Assembly (NCBI RefSeq): GCF_000039765.1
Contig: NC_004459.3
Location: forward strand, 1,020,001-1,052,000
Direction: 5' to 3'
Length of the DNA: 32,000 bases
Source: Vibrio vulnificus CMCP6
Lineage (GTDB): Bacteria > Pseudomonadota > Gammaproteobacteria > Enterobacterales > Vibrionaceae
Positions 1 to 9,726 of this stretch are shown piece after piece. Under the pieces are notes generated by a model. The model was not told the DNA's origin. It saw nothing but the letters and a program-made list of their open reading frames with translations, and made no database searches. The number at the start of each line of letters is the position of its first letter. Position 1 is the first letter of the stretch. Position numbers and translations under genes: made by a program.

Positions 1-1
1 T

Positions 2-1372
2 GGCCGTTATGCACTAGCACTTAACCTTGAGCGTGACTCGGTTGGTGCGGTAGTAATGGGTCCATATGCTGACCTTAAGGAAGGCATGAAAGTAACAGGT
101 ACTGGTCGTATTCTTGAAGTGCCAGTTGGTCCTGAGCTATTGGGTCGTGTAGTGAACACACTAGGTGAGCCAATTGACGGTAAAGGTCCAATTGAAGCGA
201 AATTAACGTCACCTGTTGAAGTGATTGCACCAGGTGTAATCGACCGTCAGTCGGTTGATCAACCTGTACAAACTGGTTATAAGTCAGTTGACTCAATGAT
301 CCCTATCGGTCGTGGTCAGCGTGAACTTATCATCGGTGACCGTCAGACTGGTAAAACAGCGATGGCGATCGATGCGATCATCAACCAGAAAAACTCTGGT
401 ATTTTCTCTATCTACGTAGCGATTGGTCAGAAAGCTTCTACTATCGCCAACGTAGTGCGTAAACTGGAAGAGCACGGTGCTCTGAAGAACACAATTGTGG
501 TTGTGGCTTCAGCATCTGAATCTGCTGCACTGCAATACCTAGCGCCATACGCAGGTTGTGCAATGGGTGAATACTTCCGTGATCGCGGCGAAGACGCACT
601 GATTGTTTATGATGATCTATCAAAGCAAGCGGTCGCTTACCGTCAGATTTCTCTATTGCTAAAACGCCCACCAGGCCGTGAAGCATTCCCAGGTGACGTA
701 TTCTACCTTCACTCTCGTCTACTAGAGCGTGCAGCTCGTGTAAACGCAGAGTATGTAGAGCGTTTCACTAACGGTGAAGTAAAAGGTAAGACAGGTTCTT
801 TAACCGCTCTTCCTATCATCGAAACTCAGGCTGGTGACGTTTCTGCATTCGTACCAACCAACGTAATCTCGATCACCGATGGTCAGATCTTCCTACAAAC
901 TGAGCTATTCAACGCGGGTGTACGTCCAGCGGTTGATCCAGGTATCTCAGTATCTCGTGTAGGTGGTTCTGCACAAACGAAAATCATCAAGAAGCTGTCT
1001 GGTGGTATCCGTACAGCACTAGCGGCTTACCGTGAACTTGCAGCGTTTGCTCAGTTCTCTTCGGATCTTGATGAAGCGACTAAGAGACAGTTGAACCACG
1101 GTCAAAAAGTAACTGAACTGATGAAGCAGAAGCAATACGCTCCGATGTCAGTGTTTGACCAGGCTCTAACTATCTTTGCGGCAGAGCGTGGCTACCTAAG
1201 CGATATCGAACTTTCTAAAGTTCTTGATTTCGAAGCAGCTCTACTATCGTACGCTCGCGGTCAATACGCTGAATTAGCAGCTGAGATCGACAAGACGGGT
1301 GCTTACAACGATGAAATCGAAGCTCAGTTGAAGAAACTGACTGACGACTTCAAAGCAACCCAAACTTGGTAA
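2..1372 (+). CDS. atpA: ATP synthase F1 alpha subunit, 5'-truncated by the window edge
   Basis: Frame 2 is open from base 2 ([25 protein letters not shown]...) and runs into the 438-aa ORF-track ORF. Walker A motif GDRQTGKT. Followed by atpG-atpD-atpC in canonical order. Confidence 0.97.
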   Translation, partial: GRYALALNLERDSVGAVVMGPYADLKEGMKVTGTGRILEVPVGPELLGRVVNTLGEPIDGKGPIEAKLTSPVEVIAPGVIDRQSVDQPVQTGYKSVDSMIPIGRGQRELIIGDRQTGKTAMAIDAIINQKNSGIFSIYVAIGQKASTIANVVRKLEEHGALKNTIVVVASASESAALQYLAPYAGCAMGEYFRDRGEDALIVYDDLSKQAVAYRQISLLLKRPPGREAFPGDVFYLHSRLLERAARVNAEYVERFTNGEVKGKTGSLTALPIIETQAGDVSAFVPTNVISITDGQIFLQTELFNAGVRPAVDPGISVSRVGGSAQTKIIKKLSGGIRTALAAYRELAAFAQFSSDLDEATKRQLNHGQKVTELMKQKQYAPMSVFDQALTIFAAERGYLSDIELSKVLDFEAALLSYARGQYAELAAEIDKTGAYNDEIEAQLKKLTDDFKATQTW

Positions 1373-1378
1373 TAGGTC

Positions 1379-1397
1379 GGTGGCAGTGGCTGCCACC
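1379..1397 (+). other. Intercistronic GC-rich stem-loop between atpA and atpG (8-bp perfect stem GGTGGCAG/CTGCCACC, 3-nt loop, no U-tract)
   Basis: Read directly from the sequence. It lies 7 nt after the atpA stop and about 7 nt before the atpG Shine-Dalgarno GGAGAG. No T-run follows, so it is not a terminator. Confidence 0.4.
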
Positions 1398-1415
1398 AAC
1401 TAATGGAGAGTAACG

Positions 1416-2282
1416 ATGGCCGGCGCAAAAGAGATACGTAGTAAAATCGGGAGTGTTAAAAGCACTCAGAAGATTACGAAAGCGATGGAAATGGTAGCAG
1501 CTTCAAAAATGCGTCGTTCGCAAGACGCAATGGAAGCTTCTCGTCCATACGCGGAAACAATGCGTAAAGTGATCGGTCATGTGGCAAATGCAAGTCTAGA
1601 GTATCGTCATCCGTACCTAGATGAGCGTGAAGCCAAGCGTGTTGGTTACATCATCATTTCAACGGACCGTGGTCTGTGTGGCGGCTTGAACATCAACGTG
1701 TTCAAAAAAGCGGTTACAGATATGCAGGCATGGAAAGAGAAAGGTGCTGAGGTTGAGCTTGCGGTAATTGGCTCAAAAGCGACAGCTTTCTTTAAACATG
1801 GCGGCGCGAAAGTGGCAGCTCAGGTTTCAGGTTTGGGTGATAGCCCAAGTTTGGAGGACCTGATCGGTTCGGTTAGCGTGATGCTAGAAAAATATGATGA
1901 AGGTGAATTGGACCGTTTGTACCTTGTATTTAACAAGTTCGTAAACACCATGGTTCAACAACCAACGATCGATCAATTGCTACCTTTGCCTAAATCGGAC
2001 AGCAAAGATATGCAGCGTGAGCATTCATGGGATTACATCTATGAGCCAGAACCTCAGGCTCTACTCGATGCACTATTAGTGCGTTATGTAGAATCTCAGG
2101 TTTATCAAGGTGTAGTTGAGAACCTTGCTTGTGAGCAAGCGGCTCGAATGGTTGCTATGAAGGCTGCAACTGATAACGCAACCAACTTGATTGACGACTT
2201 AGAACTTGTGTACAACAAAGCCCGTCAGGCTGCGATTACACAAGAACTATCGGAAATCGTTGGTGGTGCAGCAGCGGTTTAA
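1416..2282 (+). CDS. atpG: ATP synthase F1 gamma subunit
   Basis: 288-aa ORF with ATG preceded by GGAGAG. N-terminus [33 protein letters not shown] and C-terminus [15 protein letters not shown] are typical of gamma subunits. Operon position fits. Confidence 0.97.
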   Translation: MAGAKEIRSKIGSVKSTQKITKAMEMVAASKMRRSQDAMEASRPYAETMRKVIGHVANASLEYRHPYLDEREAKRVGYIIISTDRGLCGGLNINVFKKAVTDMQAWKEKGAEVELAVIGSKATAFFKHGGAKVAAQVSGLGDSPSLEDLIGSVSVMLEKYDEGELDRLYLVFNKFVNTMVQQPTIDQLLPLPKSDSKDMQREHSWDYIYEPEPQALLDALLVRYVESQVYQGVVENLACEQAARMVAMKAATDNATNLIDDLELVYNKARQAAITQELSEIVGGAAAV

Positions 2283-2293
2283 GCTTAGGTTAA

Positions 2294-3721
<1,428 letters not shown>

Positions 3722-3739
3722 GGCTAACTAGGAGGCGAT

Positions 3740-4162
3740 ATGGCAGCAATAACCTTTCATCTGGATGTGGTAAGCGCGGAGAAGAAAATCTTTTCTGGTC
3801 GCGTTGAAACGTTTCAGGTGACCGGTAGCGAGGGTGAGCTGGGTATTTTCCATGGCCACACACCGCTGCTGACCGCTATCAAGCCTGGTATGGTGCGTAT
3901 TGTTAAACTTCACGGCGAAGAAGAGTTCATTTATGTCTCTGGTGGTATCGTAGAAGTTCAGCCTGGTACTGCAACAGTACTGGCTGATACTGCGATTCGT
4001 GGTGAAGAACTAGACGCAGCGAAGGCAGAAGAAGCAAAACGTCGTGCGAAAGAGAACATTCTCAACCAGCATGGCGATATGGACTTCGCACAAGCGGCCA
4101 GTGAACTGGCTAAAGCCATTGCTCAGCTTCGTGTTATCGAGCTGACAAAGAAACGTCGTTAA
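3740..4162 (+). CDS. atpC: ATP synthase F1 epsilon subunit
   Basis: 140-aa ORF with AGGAGG 6 nt upstream of the ATG. Last gene of the atp operon and followed by a terminator. Confidence 0.95.
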   Translation: MAAITFHLDVVSAEKKIFSGRVETFQVTGSEGELGIFHGHTPLLTAIKPGMVRIVKLHGEEEFIYVSGGIVEVQPGTATVLADTAIRGEELDAAKAEEAKRRAKENILNQHGDMDFAQAASELAKAIAQLRVIELTKKRR

Positions 4163-4186
4163 TTTTAGCGGTGTTTTAATAGTGAT

Positions 4187-4214
4187 AAAGGCGGTCAATT
4201 TGACCGCCTTTTTG
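4187..4214 (+). terminator. Rho-independent terminator of the atp operon
   Basis: AAAGGCGGTCA-att-TGACCGCCTTT followed by TTTGC, 25 nt after the atpC stop. Confidence 0.85.
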
Positions 4215-4315
4215 CTTAATTTTTATTAGAAATTTTTATCCATAAGTTAACTATTCGTCATTAGCTGGGTAAAATAGCCGACAGAATTTTTGGCAACGTC
4301 AATAGGTTATAAATA

Positions 4316-5677
4316 ATGAAATTTAGCGCGGTGATTCTCGCGGCGGGGAAAGGAACCCGTATGTACTCCAATATGCCGAAGGTACTGCATACGCTTGCAG
4401 GCAAACCAATGGTGAAACATGTGATTGATACCTGTACGGGTCTTGGAGCACAGAACATTCATTTGGTCTACGGCCACGGTGGCGACCAAATGCAAGCTGC
4501 TTTGGCAGAAGAGCCAGTTAATTGGGTGCTGCAAGCCGAACAATTGGGTACTGGTCACGCGGTGGATCAAGCCTCTCCTCAGTTTGAAGATGATGAAAAA
4601 ATCTTGGTTCTTTACGGCGATGTTCCGCTGATTTCCTCTGAAACCATTGAAAGCTTGCTTGACGCCCAGCCTAAAGGCGGCATTGCGCTGCTTACTGTCG
4701 TCTTGGATAACCCAACGGGTTACGGTCGTATCGTGCGTAAAAACGGTCCGGTGGTGGCGATCGTTGAGCAAAAAGACGCGAATGAAGAGCAAAAATTAAT
4801 TAAAGAGATCAACACGGGCGTAATGGTGGCGACTGGTGGTGATCTGAAGCGTTGGCTTGCAGGCTTAAACAATGACAACGCTCAAGGTGAGTACTACTTA
4901 ACAGACGTCATTGCTGCTGCGCACGATGAAGGCAATGCGGTTGAAGCGGTTCACCCAGTTAGCCCAATCGAAGTGGAAGGGGTGAATGATCGCGCTCAGT
5001 TGGCTCGTCTAGAACGTGCATTCCAAGCAGCCCAAGCGAAAAAGCTGCTTGAGCAAGGCGTGATGTTGCGTGATCCTGCACGCTTTGACCTACGTGGTGA
5101 ACTGCAGTGTGGCCTTGATGTTGAGATCGATGTGAATGTGATCATTGAAGGTAACGTCTCCCTTGGTGATAACGTCGTTATCGGTGCTGGCTGTGTGCTT
5201 AAAGACTGTGAAATCGATGATAACACCATCGTTCGTCCATACAGTGTTATTGAAGGTGCGACGGTGGGTGAGCAATGTACCGTTGGTCCGTTTACTCGTC
5301 TGCGTCCTGGTGCTGAGATGCGTAACGACTCTCACGTGGGCAACTTTGTCGAAGTAAAAAATGCACGTATTGGTGAGGGGTCTAAAGCCAACCACCTGAC
5401 TTATCTTGGCGATGCTGAAATCGGTCAACGCACCAATATCGGCGCTGGTACCATTACCTGCAACTACGATGGTGCAAACAAATTCAAAACCATTATCGGT
5501 AACGATGTGTTTGTTGGTTCAGATAGCCAACTGGTCGCTCCGCTGACGATTGCTGATGGTGCAACGATTGGTGCCGGTACCACCTTGACCAAAGATGTTG
5601 CAGAAGGTGAGTTAGTGATTACTCGCGCCAAAGAACGCAAAGTTACAGGCTGGCAACGCCCAGTTAAGAAAAAGTAA
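4316..5677 (+). CDS. glmU: Bifunctional UDP-N-acetylglucosamine pyrophosphorylase / glucosamine-1-phosphate N-acetyltransferase
   Basis: 453-aa ORF. N-terminal nucleotidyltransferase motif [12 protein letters not shown] and C-terminal hexapeptide-repeat region (left-handed beta-helix). It sits directly after atpC, as in other gammaproteobacteria. Confidence 0.96.
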   Translation: MKFSAVILAAGKGTRMYSNMPKVLHTLAGKPMVKHVIDTCTGLGAQNIHLVYGHGGDQMQAALAEEPVNWVLQAEQLGTGHAVDQASPQFEDDEKILVLYGDVPLISSETIESLLDAQPKGGIALLTVVLDNPTGYGRIVRKNGPVVAIVEQKDANEEQKLIKEINTGVMVATGGDLKRWLAGLNNDNAQGEYYLTDVIAAAHDEGNAVEAVHPVSPIEVEGVNDRAQLARLERAFQAAQAKKLLEQGVMLRDPARFDLRGELQCGLDVEIDVNVIIEGNVSLGDNVVIGAGCVLKDCEIDDNTIVRPYSVIEGATVGEQCTVGPFTRLRPGAEMRNDSHVGNFVEVKNARIGEGSKANHLTYLGDAEIGQRTNIGAGTITCNYDGANKFKTIIGNDVFVGSDSQLVAPLTIADGATIGAGTTLTKDVAEGELVITRAKERKVTGWQRPVKKK

Positions 5678-5692
5678 TTATCGCTGGATAAC

Positions 5693-5724
5693 AAAAACGC
5701 CGCTGCAATAGCGGCGTTTTTTTT
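5693..5724. terminator. Bidirectional rho-independent terminator between glmU (+) and the ABC permease gene (-)
   Basis: AAAAACGCCGCT-gcaat-AGCGGCGTTTTTTTT. The A-run and T-run flanks allow it to work on both strands. Confidence 0.85.
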
Positions 5725-5736
5725 GATGATGACGAA

Positions 5737-6477
5737 CTAATGGCTGGGAATGGCACTGCGCTTTTCTAGCCAACGTACGGCTTGAGACACCATCAAGATC
5801 AACAGCAAATATTCCAGCACTAAGAAAGTATAAATCTCTAGAGGTAAGTACTCATTCACCACCAACTCATTGGCTCGCCTCGTCAAATCACTTAGACCAA
5901 TGACACTGACCAATGAGCTCATCTTGAGAATATAAACAAACTGGTTGCCGAGCGCGGGCAGCATCTGACGAAATGCTTGCGGCAAAATCACCAAACGCAT
6001 TTTTTGCCAATAGTTGAGACCAAGCGACTTTGCTGCTTCATGTTGGCCACGACCGATAGATTGAATGCCACCGCGAAATACTTCTGCCATAAATGCACTT
6101 TCCGCGATCGTCAGTGCAATAATTCCCGCCCAATAATGGTCTAGTGAAACATCGAGTAATGTGGGTAGGCCGTAATACACCCACAACAGCAGAACCAACA
6201 CGGGAATGGCACGTATTACTTCAACGTAAATCCGGTTTAAGCGTTGTAGGGATTTGCGGGGAGAAAGGGCCGGTAGGGCAACCATTAAGCCCAGAGTCAT
6301 GGCAAACAGCATACTGAGTAGCGATACGCTGATGGTGTCGGCAAAGCCAGCGATAAGAAACTTCACGTTCGTTAGGCCTTGCTCGGTCGTCGGATCAAGC
6401 ACATACCAGCCCCATTGATAGTCAGAACAGCCAGTGAGTGGCAGTAACATCATTAAACATAAATATCGACAGGTCAC
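5737..6477 (-). CDS. Polar amino-acid ABC transporter permease (His/Glu/Gln/Arg/opine, HisM/GlnP-like family)
   Basis: 246-aa hydrophobic ORF with an EAA-loop-like segment (GGIQSIGRGQHEAAKSLGLNYWQKMRLVILPQA). GTG start at 6477 preceded by AAGGTG. Divergent from a family-3 solute-binding protein gene. Confidence 0.85.
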   Translation of the reverse strand: MTCRYLCLMMLLPLTGCSDYQWGWYVLDPTTEQGLTNVKFLIAGFADTISVSLLSMLFAMTLGLMVALPALSPRKSLQRLNRIYVEVIRAIPVLVLLLWVYYGLPTLLDVSLDHYWAGIIALTIAESAFMAEVFRGGIQSIGRGQHEAAKSLGLNYWQKMRLVILPQAFRQMLPALGNQFVYILKMSSLVSVIGLSDLTRRANELVVNEYLPLEIYTFLVLEYLLLILMVSQAVRWLEKRSAIPSH

Positions 6478-6584
6478 ACTACACCTTATATCAACTAAAA
6501 AAATGGTTGTGTTGCTGCTATGTTATCAATGATGTAACGCGAAATCTCAACTAATTACGGAACAATAAGTTAAAGGAAAATAAA

Positions 6585-7361
6585 ATGAAAAAAACTTGGT
6601 TAGCGTTGGGGCTTGGTTTGCTTGCTGCGTCCACTCTGGCTAATGCACAAAGTCGTTTGAATGAGATTCTCGACAACGGGGTATTAAGAGTCGGTACGAC
6701 TGGGGATTGGAACCCTATGACGATGAAAGATCCGGCCAATAACAGTTATCGTGGTTTTGATATCGATGTCACGACTGAGCTGGCGAAAGACCTCGGCGTC
6801 AAAGTTGAATACGTGGCGACGGATTGGAAAACGTTAGTTAATGGCATCACCGCGGATAAGTATGACATTACAGGCAGCGCATCACTGAGTATGTCTCGCG
6901 CGAAAGTGGCAGGTTACAGTCAGCCTTACTTTTATCTTGCGTTTGTGCCTGTGGTGCAGAAAAAAGATCTCGGTAAGTACTCTGATTGGAGCGATTTTGA
7001 TAAAGCGGATGTAAAAGTGGCGGCAACTCTAGGTACCGTACAAGAAAAAATGGTTAAGGAGTTTTTCCCTTCCGCACAGCACATCGTGATTGAAGCACCA
7101 GCCCGTGATTTCCAAGAACTGTTGGCCAAACGAGCGGATGTCTCTGTGACCTCAAATGTGGAAGCGGCGACGCTGGTGGAGAAATTTCAGCAATTGGCGA
7201 TTGTGCCAGTCAAAGAGCCGCGCAAGCCGACACCGATCGCCATGCTATTGCCACAGGATGATCAAGTTTGGATTAATTACGTTAACCATTGGGTTGAACT
7301 GAAAAAGACACAAGGTTTCTTTAAACAGACCGCAGAAAAATGGGGACTCAAAGGGTTATAA
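6585..7361 (+). CDS. Periplasmic family-3 solute-binding protein, cyclohexadienyl-dehydratase (PheC)-like subgroup
   Basis: 258-aa ORF with signal peptide MKKTWLALGLGLLAASTLANA and an AAGGA RBS. The blocks RLNEILDNGVLRVGTTGDWNPM and GFDIDV...ATDW...DKYDI...S resemble P. aeruginosa PheC as I recall it. Confidence 0.85.
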   Translation: MKKTWLALGLGLLAASTLANAQSRLNEILDNGVLRVGTTGDWNPMTMKDPANNSYRGFDIDVTTELAKDLGVKVEYVATDWKTLVNGITADKYDITGSASLSMSRAKVAGYSQPYFYLAFVPVVQKKDLGKYSDWSDFDKADVKVAATLGTVQEKMVKEFFPSAQHIVIEAPARDFQELLAKRADVSVTSNVEAATLVEKFQQLAIVPVKEPRKPTPIAMLLPQDDQVWINYVNHWVELKKTQGFFKQTAEKWGLKGL

Positions 7362-7388
7362 CTGGCTATTAGCCTCGCCTCGAAATAT

Positions 7389-7420
7389 AAAGCCGCATAC
7401 TTATTATGCGGCTCTTGTGT
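7389..7420. terminator. Hairpin terminator between the convergent binding-protein (+) and MFS (-) genes
   Basis: AGCCGCATA-cttat-TATGCGGCT with T-rich flanks on both strands. Confidence 0.65.
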
Positions 7421-7429
7421 TGCTAGAGA

Positions 7430-8635
7430 TTAGATCTCTTCATCACTCACTACGCGTGCATTGTCTGGTGTTGTGAAGTGCTGCGACAACTCTTTGTTGG
7501 AGACGATATAGCCGATCCAAAGTCCGCCCATACAGAGAACAATCGCAATACCGGTAACCGCTTGCGCTTGGCTAGCAAGAGCGGCGACCAGCGCGCTAGA
7601 TAAGCTGCTGACGGTGATTTGTAAGCTGTTTTGCAAACCTGCGGCTGTGGCTGGGCTTTGCTTAGCACTGGCAAGTGCGCGGTTAACCACGATAGGGTAA
7701 AGGGCACCATTTGCCACGGCAATCAAACAGAATGGCGCTAAGATTGGCCAAATAGACGTTAATTGCCATTGTGATGCGATGAAAATCAGCAGCGCTGCGA
7801 CGCTAAACAGACCAATCAGTTGACGCAGGACTTTTTCATCACCAAATTTACGCACACCAACTTTACCTAAGTATCCACCGACCATAAACGCGATGGTTTG
7901 CGGCACAAAGCTCATGCCGATGTCTTTGGCATCGTAGCCAAGCTGCGCCATGATTTCAGGCATACCTGTCAGGTAAGCAAAGAAAGCGGCAGACGCGGTG
8001 GCGAACATCATTACATTGCCCAAATAGGTTTTTGAGCTGAGTAGATGTTTGATATCCGATTTTACACTGCTTTGCTTTGGCTCATTGGCGACACTAGGTT
8101 GTGCCATGGTCGCCGCAACCAAGACCAAACCGAGTACCGTTAACGCGACAAAAATACTGTGCCAACCAAAACTATCAGCCAACACAACACCCAACTGAGG
8201 GGCGAGCGCAGGAGAAAGTGCTACCAGCGGCATAATGGTGGCAAAAATTTGTTGGCTACTGCTGGAGTAACGTTTGATGACCATGGCTTGCCAGATCACG
8301 GCTGGCGCGCACACCCCGATCGCTTGAACAAAACGCAAGCTGAGCAGTTGCCAAACTTGATCACTGAACGCCAAACCCAATGAGGCCAGCGTAAACAGAG
8401 CGAGGCCAGCTGCCAAGGTATTGCGGTGACCAAACTTATCAGAGGCAAGACCCCAAAGCAGTTGACCGACTGCCATGCCGACTAAAAAGACCGTTAAGGA
8501 AAGCGCGATCTGTTCTGGTCCGGTCATAAAGTCGATTTCCATCGCTTTAAACGCAGGGAGATACATGTCTGTTGCGACAAAGCCGAGCATCGAGAGGGCT
8601 GCAAGATACACAAGCTGTAATTTTGAAATGTTCAT
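7430..8635 (-). CDS. punC: MFS transporter of the Bcr/CflA subfamily, resembling E. coli PunC (YdhC) purine/nucleoside transporter
   Basis: Motifs ATDMYLPAF, RFVQAIGVCAPAVIWQA, IMPLVALSPALAP, VPQTIAFMVGGY and ANGALYPIVV match my recollection of YdhC. The ORF-track start at 8650 is TTG, so I prefer the ATG at 8635 (MNISKLQ...). Divergent from a YdhB-like LysR gene, as in E. coli. Confidence 0.8.
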   Translation of the reverse strand: MNISKLQLVYLAALSMLGFVATDMYLPAFKAMEIDFMTGPEQIALSLTVFLVGMAVGQLLWGLASDKFGHRNTLAAGLALFTLASLGLAFSDQVWQLLSLRFVQAIGVCAPAVIWQAMVIKRYSSSSQQIFATIMPLVALSPALAPQLGVVLADSFGWHSIFVALTVLGLVLVAATMAQPSVANEPKQSSVKSDIKHLLSSKTYLGNVMMFATASAAFFAYLTGMPEIMAQLGYDAKDIGMSFVPQTIAFMVGGYLGKVGVRKFGDEKVLRQLIGLFSVAALLIFIASQWQLTSIWPILAPFCLIAVANGALYPIVVNRALASAKQSPATAAGLQNSLQITVSSLSSALVAALASQAQAVTGIAIVLCMGGLWIGYIVSNKELSQHFTTPDNARVVSDEEI

Positions 8636-8675
8636 ACTTATTCCATTCAATTTTTTTCACTACAAATGTTTTGTG

Positions 8676-8697
8676 ATCAGTTGGCGCCAACCCTGAT
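8676..8697. promoter_or_regulatory. Candidate LysR operator: perfect 10-bp palindrome TTGGCGCCAA inside an imperfect ATCAG...CTGAT dyad
   Basis: Seen in the 151-bp divergent intergenic region between the MFS and LysR genes. It is not a canonical T-N11-A box. Confidence 0.25.
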
Positions 8698-8786
8698 TTA
8701 TATGCCCTGCTATTCTATTTTTCGCTTTTGAGAAAATAAAACGCTAAAATTCATGGTTATCAATCAAAATTTTTGAAAGGTAAGCT

Positions 8787-9707
8787 GTGTTTTCAAAGCC
8801 ATCGCTAGAAATGTTGGATACCGTCGCTCGTTTAGGCAGTTTTACTGCCGCCGCTGAGGTGTTGCACAAAGTGCCCTCGGCCATCAGTTATGGTGTGCGT
8901 CAGGTGGAACAAGAACTTGGCGTGTTGCTGTTCCGCCGTTTACCGAGAAAAGTAGAACTGACCCCAGCAGGTGAGCTGTTCATCGCCGAAGCGAGAATGC
9001 TGCTAAGGCAGATGGAAGAAGTGAAATCGCAGACGCGGCGCGCGGCGCAAGGCTGGCAATCCACGCTGAAGTTGACGCTGGATAACGTGGTCAAGCTCGA
9101 CAAACTCAAGCCTTTGGTCGAGGATTTCTATCGCGAATTCGATTTTGCAGAACTGCAAATCAATATGGAAGTGTTCAATGGTTCTTGGGAGGCGATTGCC
9201 CAAGGGCGCGCGGATATCGTCATCGGCGCCACCTCGGCCATTCCTGTTGGGGGCGATTTTGAAGTGCGCGATATGGGACGATTGGATTGGGCGTTTGTTA
9301 TGTCTCCAGCGCATCCTTGCGTGCGTCAGCAAGTGCTGACAGAAGCGTTTGTCAGTCAGTTTCCCGCGATCTGTTTGGATGATACCTCCAGTGTGCTACC
9401 CAAGCGCCATACTGGACATTATCCGCAGCAGCGTCGTCTGTTGTTGCCCAATTGGTACAGTGCTATCGAGTGTTTAAAAAATGGCGTAGGCGTGGGTTAT
9501 ATGCCGCGTCATATTGCCATGCCACTGATCAACGACGGTGTGCTGGTGGAAAAGGTGCTACCGGACGACAAACCGCTGAGTCAATGTTGTCTGGTGTGGC
9601 GAAAAGATGACAACCACAAGTTGATTCAGTGGATGGTGGACTACTTAGGAAACTCACATCAACTGCATCAAGATTGGTTGCTGAGCGAAACAAAACGCCC
9701 TGTCTGA
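8787..9707 (+). CDS. punR: LysR-family transcriptional regulator, resembling E. coli PunR (YdhB)
   Basis: 306-aa ORF with GTG start 6 nt after AAGG. N-terminal wHTH LDTVARLGSFTAAAEVLHKVPSAISYGVRQVEQELGVLLFRR. The block EVFNGSWEAIAQGRADIVIGATSAIPVGG...RDMGRLDW matches my recollection of YdhB. Confidence 0.8.
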   Translation: MFSKPSLEMLDTVARLGSFTAAAEVLHKVPSAISYGVRQVEQELGVLLFRRLPRKVELTPAGELFIAEARMLLRQMEEVKSQTRRAAQGWQSTLKLTLDNVVKLDKLKPLVEDFYREFDFAELQINMEVFNGSWEAIAQGRADIVIGATSAIPVGGDFEVRDMGRLDWAFVMSPAHPCVRQQVLTEAFVSQFPAICLDDTSSVLPKRHTGHYPQQRRLLLPNWYSAIECLKNGVGVGYMPRHIAMPLINDGVLVEKVLPDDKPLSQCCLVWRKDDNHKLIQWMVDYLGNSHQLHQDWLLSETKRPV

Positions 9708-9719
9708 CAGGGCGTTTTT
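9692..9719. terminator. Bidirectional terminator shared by the LysR gene (+) and ilvA (-)
   Basis: AAAACGCCCTGT-ctg-ACAGGGCGTTTTT. The LysR TGA stop (9705-9707) straddles the loop and the first base of the 3' arm. Confidence 0.85.
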
Positions 9720-9726
9720 AACAGCA

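Noticed and set aside
4307-4792. 161-aa ORF antisense to the 5' half of glmU, together with similar long antisense ORFs at 19170-19598, 20169-20552, 21928-22377, 28371-28817 and 30334-30735
   Set aside because: Each lies entirely inside a well-supported conserved gene on the opposite strand. None has a recognisable RBS or motifs, and their compositions are typical of antisense frames of moderately GC-rich genes (Arg, Ser, Leu, His and Cys rich).
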